Shown here: one piece after another, positions 29,620-39,596 of the stretch
Layout of the letters: each line of letters begins with the position of its first letter
How positions within the stretch are numbered: position 1 is the first letter of the stretch
Origin: Planctomycetales bacterium
Lineage (GTDB): Bacteria; Omnitrophota; Gorgyraeia; Gygaellales; Profunditerraquicolaceae
DNA: 64,000 nt
Direction of reading: 5' to 3'
Assembly: GCA_005239725.1 (NCBI GenBank)
Contig: SBBM01000045.1
Span: forward strand, 33,724 to 97,723
Program-made: the position numbers and the translations under genes
The notes under the pieces: generated by a model
Databases searched by the model: none
Told to the model about the DNA's origin: nothing
Seen by the model: only the letters and a program-made list of their open reading frames with translations

Positions 29620-30768
29620 ATGGATAGAAAAATATTCTGGATTTTTGCTTTAAGCAGCGCCGTTTACTTTACCCAGGGGATAGAAGGTCTTCCTTCCCAG
29701 GGGCTGTTTTATTATTTAAAGGAGACCTTGCATTTTCCGCCGGAGAAAATAATGCTAATCTCCAGCATAACTATTTTTTCCTGGCTGATTAAACCGTTAA
29801 TAGGTTATGTTATTGATAGGTTCTTTAATAAGCGCGCCTGGATTTTCCTTGCGCTCGTCCTGGATATAATTTTAGTCCTTCTCATGGGGATTTTGCGGCT
29901 GCCCCTCTGGGTTCTGGTCGGCATATTAATATTAAATTCAAATAATGCCGCTTTCAGGGATGTGGCGGTTGACGGGATCATGTGTGTGGAAGGCAAGAGG
30001 TACAATGCCACCGGTAAAATTCAAAGTATCCAGTGGATTTCTATTTCAATTGCGGGATTACTTACCGGGGTCCTCGGAGGATATATCGCGGAAGTTTGGG
30101 ATTACCGGGCGGCGTTCTTATGCCTGATACCTATTTATTTATTGGTGGCTATCCCGGCATCCCTTTGCGTTGAGTGCGGCTTGGTTGCAGAGAAGCCTCC
30201 TTCGACGCTTTTTTCGGATTTAAAGCAGTTATTCGCGAATAAAAGATTGCTCATTGTCTGTTTGTTTATATTCCTTTATAAGTACTCACCATCTTTTGGT
30301 ATCCCTTTATCATTTATCCAGAGGGATACGTTTAAATGGAGTAAGGTTTGGATAGGTTGGCTTGGCACAATCAGCACGGTCTTTTCCATCATCGGTTCGC
30401 TGTTGTATTACAGGTTTAGCCAAAGGATTAACATAAAAAAATGGCTGTACTTTTCAGTATTTTTAGGCGCCGTCACAACCCTAAGTTACCTGTATTATAC
30501 GCCGCTAAGTGCAATTATCTACGATATCGTGTATAGCCTTATGGGGATGTTTATATTTTTGATGGTAATGGATTTCATGGCAAGGAGCACTTTGAAGGGC
30601 ATGGAGGCGACTTCCTTTGCCCTGCTTGCCAGTGTCAGTAATTTAGCCTTAGTTTGCAGTAACCTTTCCGGCTCATTTTTCTTGCCCATATTGGGGCTGA
30701 AATGGCTCATAGTTTTGTCAGCCTTTACCAGTTTCTTATGCCTGCCTTTGATAAAAAATATTGACTAA
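29620..30768 (+). CDS. MFS-type transporter (BT1 folate/biopterin-like family candidate)
   Basis: 382 aa and about 12 TM helices. The N-terminal region resembles BT1-family proteins; this is a weak family assignment. Confidence 0.45.
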   Translation: MDRKIFWIFALSSAVYFTQGIEGLPSQGLFYYLKETLHFPPEKIMLISSITIFSWLIKPLIGYVIDRFFNKRAWIFLALVLDIILVLLMGILRLPLWVLVGILILNSNNAAFRDVAVDGIMCVEGKRYNATGKIQSIQWISISIAGLLTGVLGGYIAEVWDYRAAFLCLIPIYLLVAIPASLCVECGLVAEKPPSTLFSDLKQLFANKRLLIVCLFIFLYKYSPSFGIPLSFIQRDTFKWSKVWIGWLGTISTVFSIIGSLLYYRFSQRINIKKWLYFSVFLGAVTTLSYLYYTPLSAIIYDIVYSLMGMFIFLMVMDFMARSTLKGMEATSFALLASVSNLALVCSNLSGSFFLPILGLKWLIVLSAFTSFLCLPLIKNID

Positions 30769-30789
30769 ATTGAAAAATATGCTATATTA
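30761..30789 (+). promoter_or_regulatory. sigma70-like promoter TTGACT-N16-TATATT upstream of rplM-rpsI
   Basis: TTGACT at 30761-30766 spans the upstream stop; TATATT at 30783-30788. Confidence 0.35.
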
Positions 30790-30797
30790 CTTTTTCT

Positions 30798-31229
30798 ATG
30801 CAAAAAACATACTATCCGGCAAAAAGCGAAATAAAGCATAAATGGTACCTTATTGACGCCCAGGACGAAATACTGGGCAGGCTTGCTGCCAGGGCCGCCG
30901 TAATCCTCCGGGGTAAACACAAGGCGATATACGCGCCTCATCTGGATACCGGAGACGGTGTCATTATAATTAATGCCGCAAAGGTTAAGGTTACCGGCAG
31001 GAAATTAAAAGAAAAGGTATATCGCCGGTATTCGGGTTATCCCGGAGGCTTGAAGGAGGTCAACCTGGAAACCATGCTCAGCAAAAAACCCGAAACGGTA
31101 ATAAAACTGGCGGTCAGCCGCATGCTGCCCTCCGGCCCTTTAGGCTCGGGCATATTAAAGAAACTGAAGGTTTATGCGGGCGATAAACACCCACACGTTT
31201 CCCAGCAACCGGAAGTAATAAAGGTGTAA
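30798..31229 (+). CDS. rplM: 50S ribosomal protein L13
   Basis: WYLIDA.D.ILGRLA…A..LRGKHK…P…D.GD.VIIINA; 143 aa. Confidence 0.9.
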   Translation: MQKTYYPAKSEIKHKWYLIDAQDEILGRLAARAAVILRGKHKAIYAPHLDTGDGVIIINAAKVKVTGRKLKEKVYRRYSGYPGGLKEVNLETMLSKKPETVIKLAVSRMLPSGPLGSGILKKLKVYAGDKHPHVSQQPEVIKV

Positions 31230-31234
31230 ACAAA

Positions 31235-31630
31235 ATGAATGCAATCACTAAATTTATGGCCGTAGGCAGGAGAAAGGAAGCAATCGCGCGGGTGCAGTTA
31301 ATTCCTGGCAAGGGCAATATTATGGTTAACGGTATCCCTGTGGATAAATATTTTGCCCGGGAAACCGACAGGATTATCATCAGGCAGCCTTTAGAGGTGA
31401 CAAATACCCTTAACAAGTATGATGTGGTCGGCAATATCAAAGGGGGCGGTTTTATCGGTCAGACAGGGGCTTTCCGGCTCGGCATAGCCAGGGCCTTATT
31501 GTTGGCTGAACCGGAGCTCAAGGATTTATTGCGCAAGAACAGGCTTCTTACCCGCGACCCCCGCATGAAAGAGCGCAAAAAATACGGGCAAAAAGGCGCG
31601 CGCAAACGCTTCCAGTGGACAAAGAGGTAG
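31235..31630 (+). CDS. rpsI: 30S ribosomal protein S9
   Basis: [10 protein letters not shown]…GGGF.GQ.GA.R.GIARAL… C-terminal …KRFQWTKR. Confidence 0.9.
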   Translation: MNAITKFMAVGRRKEAIARVQLIPGKGNIMVNGIPVDKYFARETDRIIIRQPLEVTNTLNKYDVVGNIKGGGFIGQTGAFRLGIARALLLAEPELKDLLRKNRLLTRDPRMKERKKYGQKGARKRFQWTKR

Positions 31631-31685
31631 AAAGGCAGTAGATAACCGCCAGCATATCGCAGACAACAGGATAAGGTTTAAAAAA

Positions 31686-31720
31686 GTCCCGCAGAAAAAA
31701 GAAGCGGGATTTTTTGTTTG
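31686..31720 (+). terminator. Rho-independent terminator after rpsI
   Basis: GTCCCGCagaaaaaagaaGCGGGAttttttgtttg. Confidence 0.65.
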
Positions 31721-31739
31721 TATCCCGACGAGAAAATGC

Positions 31740-31768
31740 TTGACTATACGGGGTTTTTATCTTAATAT
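31740..31768 (+). promoter_or_regulatory. sigma70-like promoter TTGACT-N17-TAATAT for the arg-lys operon
   Basis: TTGACT at 31740-31745, TAATAT at 31763-31768, GAGG RBS 9 nt before the argC ATG. Confidence 0.5.
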
Positions 31769-31797
31769 ACAGGCATAAATAAAATTGAGGTGTTTAA

Positions 31798-32841
31798 ATG
31801 ATAAATGTAGGCATTGCCGGCGCAACAGGTTATGCAGGGAAAGAGTTAATTAAAGTTTTATTGCACCATCCGAACGCAAGGATAACCGGGCTTTATTCTA
31901 CCTCCGAAGAGCCAAAGGCCATTTCAGATATTTACCCGGAATTCAGGGGTAAAATTAATCTTCCCTGCAACCGGCTTGAGCTAAAAGAGTTAGTAAGCAA
32001 ATGTGATTTGGTATTTTTGGCCCTCCCGCATACGATTTCCATGGATATCGTCCCCGGGTTATTGGGTGCCGGCAAACGGGTAATTGACTTGAGCGCCGAC
32101 TACAGGTTGAAGGACCCTAAAATTTATGAGCATTTTTATAAGGCCAAGCACAAAGATGAATCCGGATTAAAAGAGTCTGTTTACGGCCTGCCGGAGATTA
32201 ACCGGGGCAAAATAAAAAACGCTAGATTGGTTGCCAATCCCGGCTGCTACTCCACGGCGGCAATTTTGGCCTTGGCACCGCTGGTTGCCCTTGCCCCGGC
32301 AGAACTCGGCGCCATAATTATAGATGGAAAATCCGGAGTAACGGGCGCAGGGAAAAAAATGGCGCCTGAACTCTTGTTTCCCGAAGTAAATGAGGATTTT
32401 AAGGCTTATAAGGTCAACGTGCATCAGCATATCCCGGAAATTAAGCAGATCTTATCAAAGTTATCGGGAAGAAAGATTGCGGTTACGTTTGTAGCGCATC
32501 TTTTGCCGTTAAATAGGGGGATTTTAGAGACGATATATGTGATAAAAAATCAAAAATCAAAAAATCCCTGCCTGCCGGTAGGCAGGAAAAATCAAAATTT
32601 AAATGCGTTATACAAGAAGTTTTATAAGAATGAGCCGTTTGTGAGGATACGGGAGGAAGGGGATTTTCCCCGGCTAAAAGATGTGACAGGGACAAATTTT
32701 TGCGATATTGGGATAAAGGCGGATTCCGACACTCTCATTATTATTGCGGCCATAGATAATTTATTAAAAGGGGCATCAGGGCAGGCGGTCCAGAATATGA
32801 ATATCATGTATAATTTTCCGGAAGGGGCCGCATTGTTATGA
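31798..32841 (+). CDS. argC: N-acetyl-gamma-glutamyl-phosphate reductase
   Basis: VGIAGATGYAGKEL…, NPGCYSTA active-site Cys; 347 aa. Confidence 0.85.
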   Translation: MINVGIAGATGYAGKELIKVLLHHPNARITGLYSTSEEPKAISDIYPEFRGKINLPCNRLELKELVSKCDLVFLALPHTISMDIVPGLLGAGKRVIDLSADYRLKDPKIYEHFYKAKHKDESGLKESVYGLPEINRGKIKNARLVANPGCYSTAAILALAPLVALAPAELGAIIIDGKSGVTGAGKKMAPELLFPEVNEDFKAYKVNVHQHIPEIKQILSKLSGRKIAVTFVAHLLPLNRGILETIYVIKNQKSKNPCLPVGRKNQNLNALYKKFYKNEPFVRIREEGDFPRLKDVTGTNFCDIGIKADSDTLIIIAAIDNLLKGASGQAVQNMNIMYNFPEGAALL

Positions 32842-33974
32842 TGGCATTTAAACATGCGGTATTGCCGCTGGGGTTTGAGGCAAGCGCTGTTGCCTGCGGC
32901 ATAAAGAAATCAGGCAGGCTTGATTTGGCTTTGTTTTATTCTCAGTTGCCGGCAAAGGCAAGCTGCAAATTTACTACCAATAAAATCGAGGCCGCCCCTA
33001 TTAAAGTATGCAAAAGATATTTAAGGCGGAATAAAATTTACCGGGCGATAGTCGCCAATAGCGGCAATGCCAATTGCTTTACCGGCAGGCGCGGATTGCA
33101 TGACGCCGATAATACTGCCGGGTGTTTATCCGCCGCCTTGAATATAAAAAAGGAATCGGTATTGGTCGCCTCAACCGGTATTATCGGCAAGTACTTGCCT
33201 TTTGATAAGATTAAAAGGTCAATTCCCTTCTTAGTGGCAGGGTTATCCGGCAAAGGGATAGATTACGCCAAACAGGCAATTATGACTACCGATACTTTTG
33301 CCAAAGAGGCCACGGTAAAGTTTGCTCTCGGCGGAAAGCGCATTACTGTCTGCGGTGTTGCCAAGGGTGCAGGTATGATTGCCCCGAATATGGCGACTAT
33401 GCTTTGTTTTATTATGACCGATGCGGATATCGCCCAGGGTGCATTAGATAGGGCGGTAAGTATTTGCGTGGACAATTCCTTTAATTGCCTAACCGTGGAC
33501 GGTTGCATGAGCACGAATGATACGGTTATTGTTCTGGCGAATGCGGCAGCCGGGAACGTCGTGATCGGGGGCGGGGAAAAATTTGAATTATTTAAAAGCG
33601 CCCTAAATGCCGTATGCCTTGAATTAGCAAAGATGATTGCCAGAGACGGGGAAGGCGCGACTAAATTTATCAGGATTTCGGTAAAGGGTGCAAAGGGCCT
33701 AACCCAGGCAAGGCGAGCGGCCCTGGCAATCGCAAACTCGAATTTAGTCAAGAGCGCCTTTTACGGGGAAAATCCCAATTTTGGCAGGGTTGCCGCAGCC
33801 GTAGGCGCAAGCGGGATAAATATAAGAGAAGAAGATTTAAAAATAAAATTGGGCCCTCTGGCCGGAAGGGAGATAAACATCGAAGTATCTCTCGGCAGGG
33901 GGAAGTCTTGCGCAACGGTATATACGTCGGATTTAACTCCGCAGTATGTCAAAATAAACGCGGAGTATAGCTAA
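32838..33974 (+). CDS. argJ: Bifunctional ornithine acetyltransferase / N-acetylglutamate synthase
   Basis: GIAPNMATMLCFIMTDA (autoproteolytic A|TML site); overlaps the argC stop (ATGA). Confidence 0.85.
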   Translation: MMAFKHAVLPLGFEASAVACGIKKSGRLDLALFYSQLPAKASCKFTTNKIEAAPIKVCKRYLRRNKIYRAIVANSGNANCFTGRRGLHDADNTAGCLSAALNIKKESVLVASTGIIGKYLPFDKIKRSIPFLVAGLSGKGIDYAKQAIMTTDTFAKEATVKFALGGKRITVCGVAKGAGMIAPNMATMLCFIMTDADIAQGALDRAVSICVDNSFNCLTVDGCMSTNDTVIVLANAAAGNVVIGGGEKFELFKSALNAVCLELAKMIARDGEGATKFIRISVKGAKGLTQARRAALAIANSNLVKSAFYGENPNFGRVAAAVGASGINIREEDLKIKLGPLAGREINIEVSLGRGKSCATVYTSDLTPQYVKINAEYS

Positions 33975-33987
33975 GCGGGGTGAGGGT

Positions 33988-34845
33988 ATGGAGGAGGCGA
34001 TTAAGAAGGCAGAGGTCCTGATCGAAGCGCTGCCTTATATCAAGGAGTTCCATAAGAAGGTTATCGTTATAAAGTATGGCGGCAGCATATTAGGGGAAGA
34101 AAAAATAAGGAAGGCGGTTCTGGAAGATATAATCTTCCTTAATTTCATGGGCCTTAGGCCCGTGTTAGTCCACGGCGGCGGGCCTAACATAAGCGAGCGC
34201 ATGCGCGCAAGCGGCAAAAAAACGGATTTTGTTGACGGTATGCGCGTAACTGACGAAGAGACGCTGAAGGTGGTAGAGGAAGAATTGCAGAAGTTAAATG
34301 ATATTATTGTTGGAGAAATAAATGAAATGGGGGGTAATGCCATCGGCTTAAACGGCAAGGAGAAAAAAATAATTCAGGTTGAAAAAAAGAAGGCCAGCAT
34401 AGACCTGGGCTTTGTGGGAAGTGTCGTGGAGATAAATGCGCAAGCAATCCTTGACGGTGTGAAGGATGGAGCCATAATGGTAATACTGCCCATGGGCGTA
34501 GGTCAGGATAGAATGGCCTATAATGTCAATGCCGATGAGGCGGCCTCAAATATTGCCGGCGCGCTTAATGCGGAAAAAATGATTTTATTGACCAATGTAA
34601 AGGGAATCATGCGTTCATCCGGCGAACATAATTCCTTTATTTCGACTTTGACCCGCAAAGAGGCTATTGGACTCATTGAAGATAATGTTGTCCAGCAGGG
34701 GATGATACCGAAAGTTATGGCCTGTATTGATGCCCTGGATAAGGGGGTAAAGAAGGCGCATATTATCGATGCCTGCATACCCCACGCCTTGCTTCTGGAG
34801 ATATTTACTTATAAAGGCGTAGGCACGGAGATTGTTAAGCAATAA
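33988..34845 (+). CDS. argB: Acetylglutamate kinase
   Basis: VIVIKYGGS, LVHGGGP, amino-acid kinase fold; 285 aa. Confidence 0.85.
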   Translation: MEEAIKKAEVLIEALPYIKEFHKKVIVIKYGGSILGEEKIRKAVLEDIIFLNFMGLRPVLVHGGGPNISERMRASGKKTDFVDGMRVTDEETLKVVEEELQKLNDIIVGEINEMGGNAIGLNGKEKKIIQVEKKKASIDLGFVGSVVEINAQAILDGVKDGAIMVILPMGVGQDRMAYNVNADEAASNIAGALNAEKMILLTNVKGIMRSSGEHNSFISTLTRKEAIGLIEDNVVQQGMIPKVMACIDALDKGVKKAHIIDACIPHALLLEIFTYKGVGTEIVKQ

Positions 34846-36031
34846 AAATATGAAGGCGCAGGAGGTATTTGACGTTTACAGCGATTGCATAATGCCGACA
34901 TATGCCAAATTCCCCCTGGTATTTGTCAAGGGAAAAGGGGGTTATCTCTGGGATGTCCAGGGAAAGAAATACCTGGATTTTTTCCCGGGATGGGGCGCAG
35001 GCAACCTCGGGCATTGCCATCCCAAGGTTATGTCTGCGGTAAGGGACCAGGTTTCTAAGTTGATTTTTATCCCCAATAATTATTACAACCTGCCCCAGGC
35101 AAAATTGGCAAAAGAGATAAATTTCTGGGCGGACGGCAAGTTTAAGGTATTTTTTTGCAATTCCGGGGCAGAGGCAAATGAGGCCGCGCTCAAATTTTCC
35201 CGCAGGTTCGGTAAAGGCAGGTATGAAATTATTACATTCGAAAATTCCTTTCATGGCCGGACTTTTGGGGCGCTCTCCGCTACCGGGCAAAAGAAATACC
35301 AGGAGGGTTTTAGCCCGCTTTTGCAGGGCTTTAAATATGCCGGGTTTAACGATATAGGGCAGGTAAAGTCCCTGATTAGCGAAAAGACAGTGGGGATAAT
35401 GCTGGAATTAGTCCAGGGGGAAGGCGGGATTAATATTGCGGATAAGGATTTTGTATTCAGTCTGCGGCAGGTTTGCGATGAGAAAAATTTACTTTTAATC
35501 ATTGATGAAGTGCAGACCGGAATAGGCAGGACAGGTAAAATGTTTTGCTACCAGGATTACGGGGTTATGCCTGATATCGTTACTCTGGCAAAAGCCCTCG
35601 GGGGAGGGCTTCCCATAGGCATTACCATGATTAAAAAGGAGATTGCGGATATTTTGAGCCCCGGCACGCATGCCTCTACCTTTGGCGGAGGGCCTTTAAT
35701 TTGTAAGGCGGCTTTGGCAGTTTTAAAAGCAATACAGAAGGAAAAGATTTTGGCTAATGTCCGGAAAATGGGCGGCTATCTTCAGGAGAAATTGGAGAGT
35801 TTAAAAGTAAAATATCCGGGCATAATAAAGGAAGTAAGGGGCTTAGGCCTTATCTGGGGGGTGGAGCTGAATAAAGAAGGCAAACCGGTAGTAGAAGAGT
35901 GCATCAAACGTGGCCTGTTAATTAATTGCACGCAGAATAGGGTGCTCCGGCTTATGCCGGTATTAAATGTCGGAAAAAAGGAAATTGATAAGGCAATCGC
36001 AGTGCTGGATGATGCTTTGAAGGGCGGATGA
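34832..36031 (+). CDS. argD: Acetylornithine aminotransferase (class III PLP)
   Basis: GGYLWDVQGKKYLDF, FCNSGAEANEAALK, IIDEVQTGIGRTG, TLAKALGGG. The non-overlapping alternative start is the ATG at 34850. Confidence 0.8.
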   Translation: MLSNKNMKAQEVFDVYSDCIMPTYAKFPLVFVKGKGGYLWDVQGKKYLDFFPGWGAGNLGHCHPKVMSAVRDQVSKLIFIPNNYYNLPQAKLAKEINFWADGKFKVFFCNSGAEANEAALKFSRRFGKGRYEIITFENSFHGRTFGALSATGQKKYQEGFSPLLQGFKYAGFNDIGQVKSLISEKTVGIMLELVQGEGGINIADKDFVFSLRQVCDEKNLLLIIDEVQTGIGRTGKMFCYQDYGVMPDIVTLAKALGGGLPIGITMIKKEIADILSPGTHASTFGGGPLICKAALAVLKAIQKEKILANVRKMGGYLQEKLESLKVKYPGIIKEVRGLGLIWGVELNKEGKPVVEECIKRGLLINCTQNRVLRLMPVLNVGKKEIDKAIAVLDDALKGG

Positions 36032-36955
36032 ATGAAAAGAGACTTAATATCCATTAATGACTTAAGCCGGGAAGAGATCGAGGGGTTTTTTGATATTGCC
36101 GATTGCCTGAAAAGGGATAACGCCCGGTTCGGCAATATCCTGTCCGGAAAGTCCCTGGCATTAATTTTTCAGAAGCCATCAAACCGCACGCGGGTTTCTT
36201 TTGAAGTAGGGATGTATCAACTGGGAGGCCACGTCGTATATTTAGGCCCCGGAGAAATAAACCTGGGGGTGCGGGAGTCAATAAAGGATGTGGCAAAGAC
36301 TTTATCGAGGTATGTTAACGGCATCGTCTTAAGGACATTCGCGCATAAGAATGTAATTGAGCTGGCCGGATATGCAGATGTCCCGGTGATAAACGGCCTC
36401 TCGGATTTTTCCCATCCCTGCCAGGGATTGGCGGATATTTATACCGTAAAAGAAAAGTTAGGGAAAACCCAGGGCATAACTTTTGCTTACGTGGGAGACG
36501 GAAATAATGTCTGCAATTCTTTGTTGTTTGCCTGTTCGAAATCAGGCATACATATAAATGTGGCTACGCCGAAAGGGCACGAGCCGGATAAAGGCGTCTT
36601 AGCTGCTGCCAGGCGCGCGGCGAAGTTAGCCCGATGCAAAGTAAATTTATTTAATGACCCGTTTTCGGCTGTGAAAGGCGCAGACGTCATTTATACCGAT
36701 GTCTGGGCCAGCATGGGACAGGAGAAGGAAGCTATAAAGCGGCGAAAAATATTTAAAAAATTCCAGCTTAATAAAAAGCTGGCCAGTTTGGCGAACAAAA
36801 ACGTTTTGATTATGCATTGTTTGCCTGCTCATAGAGGGGAAGAAATAACGGATGATGTTATTGACGGTCCCAATTCCGTGGTTTTTGACCAGGCGGAAAA
36901 CCGGTTACACGTGCAAAAAGCGATTTTGATAAAATTATTAAAAGGGGATAAATGA
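36032..36955 (+). CDS. argF: Ornithine carbamoyltransferase
   Basis: SNRTRVSFE (STRTR motif), HCLPAHRGEE (HCLP motif). Confidence 0.85.
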   Translation: MKRDLISINDLSREEIEGFFDIADCLKRDNARFGNILSGKSLALIFQKPSNRTRVSFEVGMYQLGGHVVYLGPGEINLGVRESIKDVAKTLSRYVNGIVLRTFAHKNVIELAGYADVPVINGLSDFSHPCQGLADIYTVKEKLGKTQGITFAYVGDGNNVCNSLLFACSKSGIHINVATPKGHEPDKGVLAAARRAAKLARCKVNLFNDPFSAVKGADVIYTDVWASMGQEKEAIKRRKIFKKFQLNKKLASLANKNVLIMHCLPAHRGEEITDDVIDGPNSVVFDQAENRLHVQKAILIKLLKGDK

Positions 36956-38133
36956 AAAAAGTAGTTTTGGCTTATTCGGGTGGCCTTGATACCTCCTGCA
37001 TTGTCAAGTGGCTTAGAGATAAAGGTTACCAGGTTGTTTGTTTTGTTGCGGATTTAGGCCAGGGGTTAGGCAGGGGTGAAGATTTTAAGGCAATAGAAAA
37101 GCGGGCGCTTGCCGCGGGAGCAACAAAGGTATACATCAAGGACCTTCAGGATGAATTTATCGAAGATTTTATCCTCCCGGCTTTAAAGGCAAATGCGATA
37201 TACGAAGGTAAATACCTTCTTGCAACTGCCCTGGGCAGGCCGCTGATCGCCAAACACCTTGTCCATCTTGCCCATAAGGAGAAGGCGGACGGGATTGCCC
37301 ACGGCTGCACAGGCAAAGGCAATGACCAGGTAAGGCTTGAGGTAACCGCGGGAATTCTTGACCCGAAACTGGAAGTGCTTGCGCCGGTAAGGGAATGGGA
37401 ATTTAAATCCCGGGAGGAAGAGATAGAATACGCCATGCTCCATAACATACCCATTGATGTCACGAAAAAAAAGCCTTACAGCATTGACAGGAATATCTGG
37501 GGCATAAGCATCGAGGCCGGGGTTCTGGAAGACCTGGAGCAGGAGCCGCCTGAAGACGCCTATTTGATTACTAAAAGCCCCACGCACATGGCAAGTTACC
37601 CGAAATATCTTGAGATTTATTTTGAGAAGGGCGTGCCGAAAAAAATAGACGGCAAAAGTTATAAATTGAAGTCATTAATAACTCACCTTAACGAAGTGGG
37701 TGGCTTATGCGGCGTAGGCAGGGTTGATATGGTTGAAAACAGGCTTGTGGGCATAAAATCCAGGGAGATTTATGAAGCTCCGGCAGGGACTATATTATAT
37801 ATCGCGCATAAGGAACTGGAGTCCCTGGTGCTTGACAGGGAGTTAGCGCACTTTAAAGAGATAGTCTCGCTTAAATATTCAGAATTGATTTATTACGGCT
37901 TATGGTATTCGCCTTTAAAACAGGCATTGGACGGTTTTGTTGAGGAAACGCAGAAACACGTTACGGGCAGCATAAAAGTGAAGTTATCCAAAGGCGCTTG
38001 CGTTGTGGTGGGAAGAAAGTCGCCTTATTCGTTGTACAAAAAGGAATTAAGCACTTACGGCAAAGAAGATAAATTTGACCAGAGGTTATCGGAAGGTTTC
38101 ATTAAGATTTGGGGAATGCCGTATAAGCGATAA
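36952..38133 (+). CDS. argG: Argininosuccinate synthase
   Basis: VVLAYSGGLDTS P-loop-like motif, GCTGKGNDQVR. Confidence 0.9.
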   Translation: MKKVVLAYSGGLDTSCIVKWLRDKGYQVVCFVADLGQGLGRGEDFKAIEKRALAAGATKVYIKDLQDEFIEDFILPALKANAIYEGKYLLATALGRPLIAKHLVHLAHKEKADGIAHGCTGKGNDQVRLEVTAGILDPKLEVLAPVREWEFKSREEEIEYAMLHNIPIDVTKKKPYSIDRNIWGISIEAGVLEDLEQEPPEDAYLITKSPTHMASYPKYLEIYFEKGVPKKIDGKSYKLKSLITHLNEVGGLCGVGRVDMVENRLVGIKSREIYEAPAGTILYIAHKELESLVLDRELAHFKEIVSLKYSELIYYGLWYSPLKQALDGFVEETQKHVTGSIKVKLSKGACVVVGRKSPYSLYKKELSTYGKEDKFDQRLSEGFIKIWGMPYKR

Positions 38134-38145
38134 GTATTGATGCCG

Positions 38146-38196
38146 AGGACTGTCCCCGCAACGGCTAATTGCGAAGTCTTTTTAGGGGACTGTCCC
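38146..38196. repeat. Two GGGGAC-T-GTCCC(C) palindromic sites 25 nt apart between argG and argH
   Basis: GAGGACTGTCCCC at 38146-38158 and AGGGGACTGTCCC at 38184-38196. The same palindrome core occurs at 17441, 24681 and elsewhere. Confidence 0.6.
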
Positions 38197-38229
38197 GCGA
38201 CAAGATGAGTATTGCATGGGAGACAGGCA

Positions 38230-39596
38230 TGGCGAAAAAATTATGGGGCGCAAGATTCAGCAAAAAGACAGACCTCCTGGCCGAGGAATTTACCAAATCT
38301 ATACAGTATGATTATAAGATTGCTTTATGTGATATCATAGGCTCGAAATTGCATGTTCAGATTTTGGGGAAAAGCAGATATCTGTCCACCCATGAAACAT
38401 CAAGATTATTTAACGCATTGACCGATATTTATAAGGCAATAGACAAAGGCAGGATTAAAGTGGATTTAAAAACTGAAGACGTGCATACTTATATTCAAAA
38501 CCTGCTCCATAAAAGAGTCGGCGATTTGGTCCTGAAACTTCATACCGCAAGGTCGAGAAATGACCAGGTTGTTTTCGCGACCAAATTATACTGCAAAATC
38601 AGCATATCCGAATTGCAGGCTGATATTAACGGCTTGTGCAGCGCCCTGAATATTTTGAGTGCCAAAAATAAAGCTGTTATTATCCCGGGATTTACCCATA
38701 TGCAGCATGCCCAGCCCGTTTATTTAAAAGATTATTTGAATGCTTACAGGGAAATGCTTATGAGGGATATGGGCAGATTGGGATATATCTCGCAGCATAT
38801 GAAAATAACTATGGGCGCAGGGGCGCTGGCTGGAACGCCGCTCAGCGCTTCGGAATACAGCATGAATGCGGAAAAGATATTTAAGGACCATAGTGACCTG
38901 AAAGAGCTTAAAGAACTTTTCATTATTGAGCCGACTAATAATTCACTGGATTCAGTCAGCGACAGGGACTTTGTAATTGAAATTATCAGCGCCTTATCAA
39001 TTATTGCGATGCATCTTTCCAGACTGTCGGAAGATTTAATTATCTGGTCAACCAAAGAATTTGATTTTGTCGAGATCGATGAATCTTTTTGCACCGGCAG
39101 CTCGCTCATGCCGCAAAAAAAGAATGCGGATGTATTGGAATTAATCAGAGGCTATGCCGGCAGATTAAACGGGAATTTGGTCAGCGTTTTGACGATGATG
39201 AAAGGACTGCCGTTAACTTACAACAGAGATATGCAGTTAGATAAAGAGCCGCTGTTCAATTCTTTCGAAATAGTTTCCAGCGAACTGAAGGTTTTGGCGG
39301 GCCTGGTTAAGACCTTAAAGTTTAATAAATCAAAGATAGACGAGCACTTAAAAGACGAATCCTTATATGCTACCGATATTGTTTACTATTTGGTTGATAA
39401 GGGAGAGCCTTTTAAAAGCGCACACACAATTGTCGGTAAATTGGTTAAATATTCCATTCATCACTCAATTGAAATAAAGCAAATGCCGGAGAAATTATTG
39501 AAAAAATTCTCCAGTAAGATTGTAAAGAAAGATATAGTTAGATTATTCAACCCGCAAGTTTCGGTCAAGTCAAAAAAATCAATCAAAAGACGCTAA
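38230..39596 (+). CDS. argH: Argininosuccinate lyase
   Basis: KLWGARFSKKTD start; fumarase/aspartase family signature region GSS.MPQKKN. The ORF-track start at 38169 would include the palindromic repeats, so the ATG at 38230 is preferred. Confidence 0.85.

Noticed and set aside
31631-31797. Possible tRNA or small RNA gene in the 167-nt rpsI-argC spacer
   Set aside because: The sequence is explained by a terminator hairpin plus a sigma70-like promoter. No cloverleaf-compatible acceptor or T-arm pattern (GTTC..A…CCA) was seen.
38169-38229. Upstream extension of argH
   Set aside because: It would include the two GGGGACTGTCCC palindromes. ArgH homology begins at MAKKLWGARF, the ATG at 38230. 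The extensions of dapF (40861 to 40933), dapB (42651 to 42690), pilQ (57980 to 58052) and DUF5989 (6062 to 6110) were trimmed for the same reasons.
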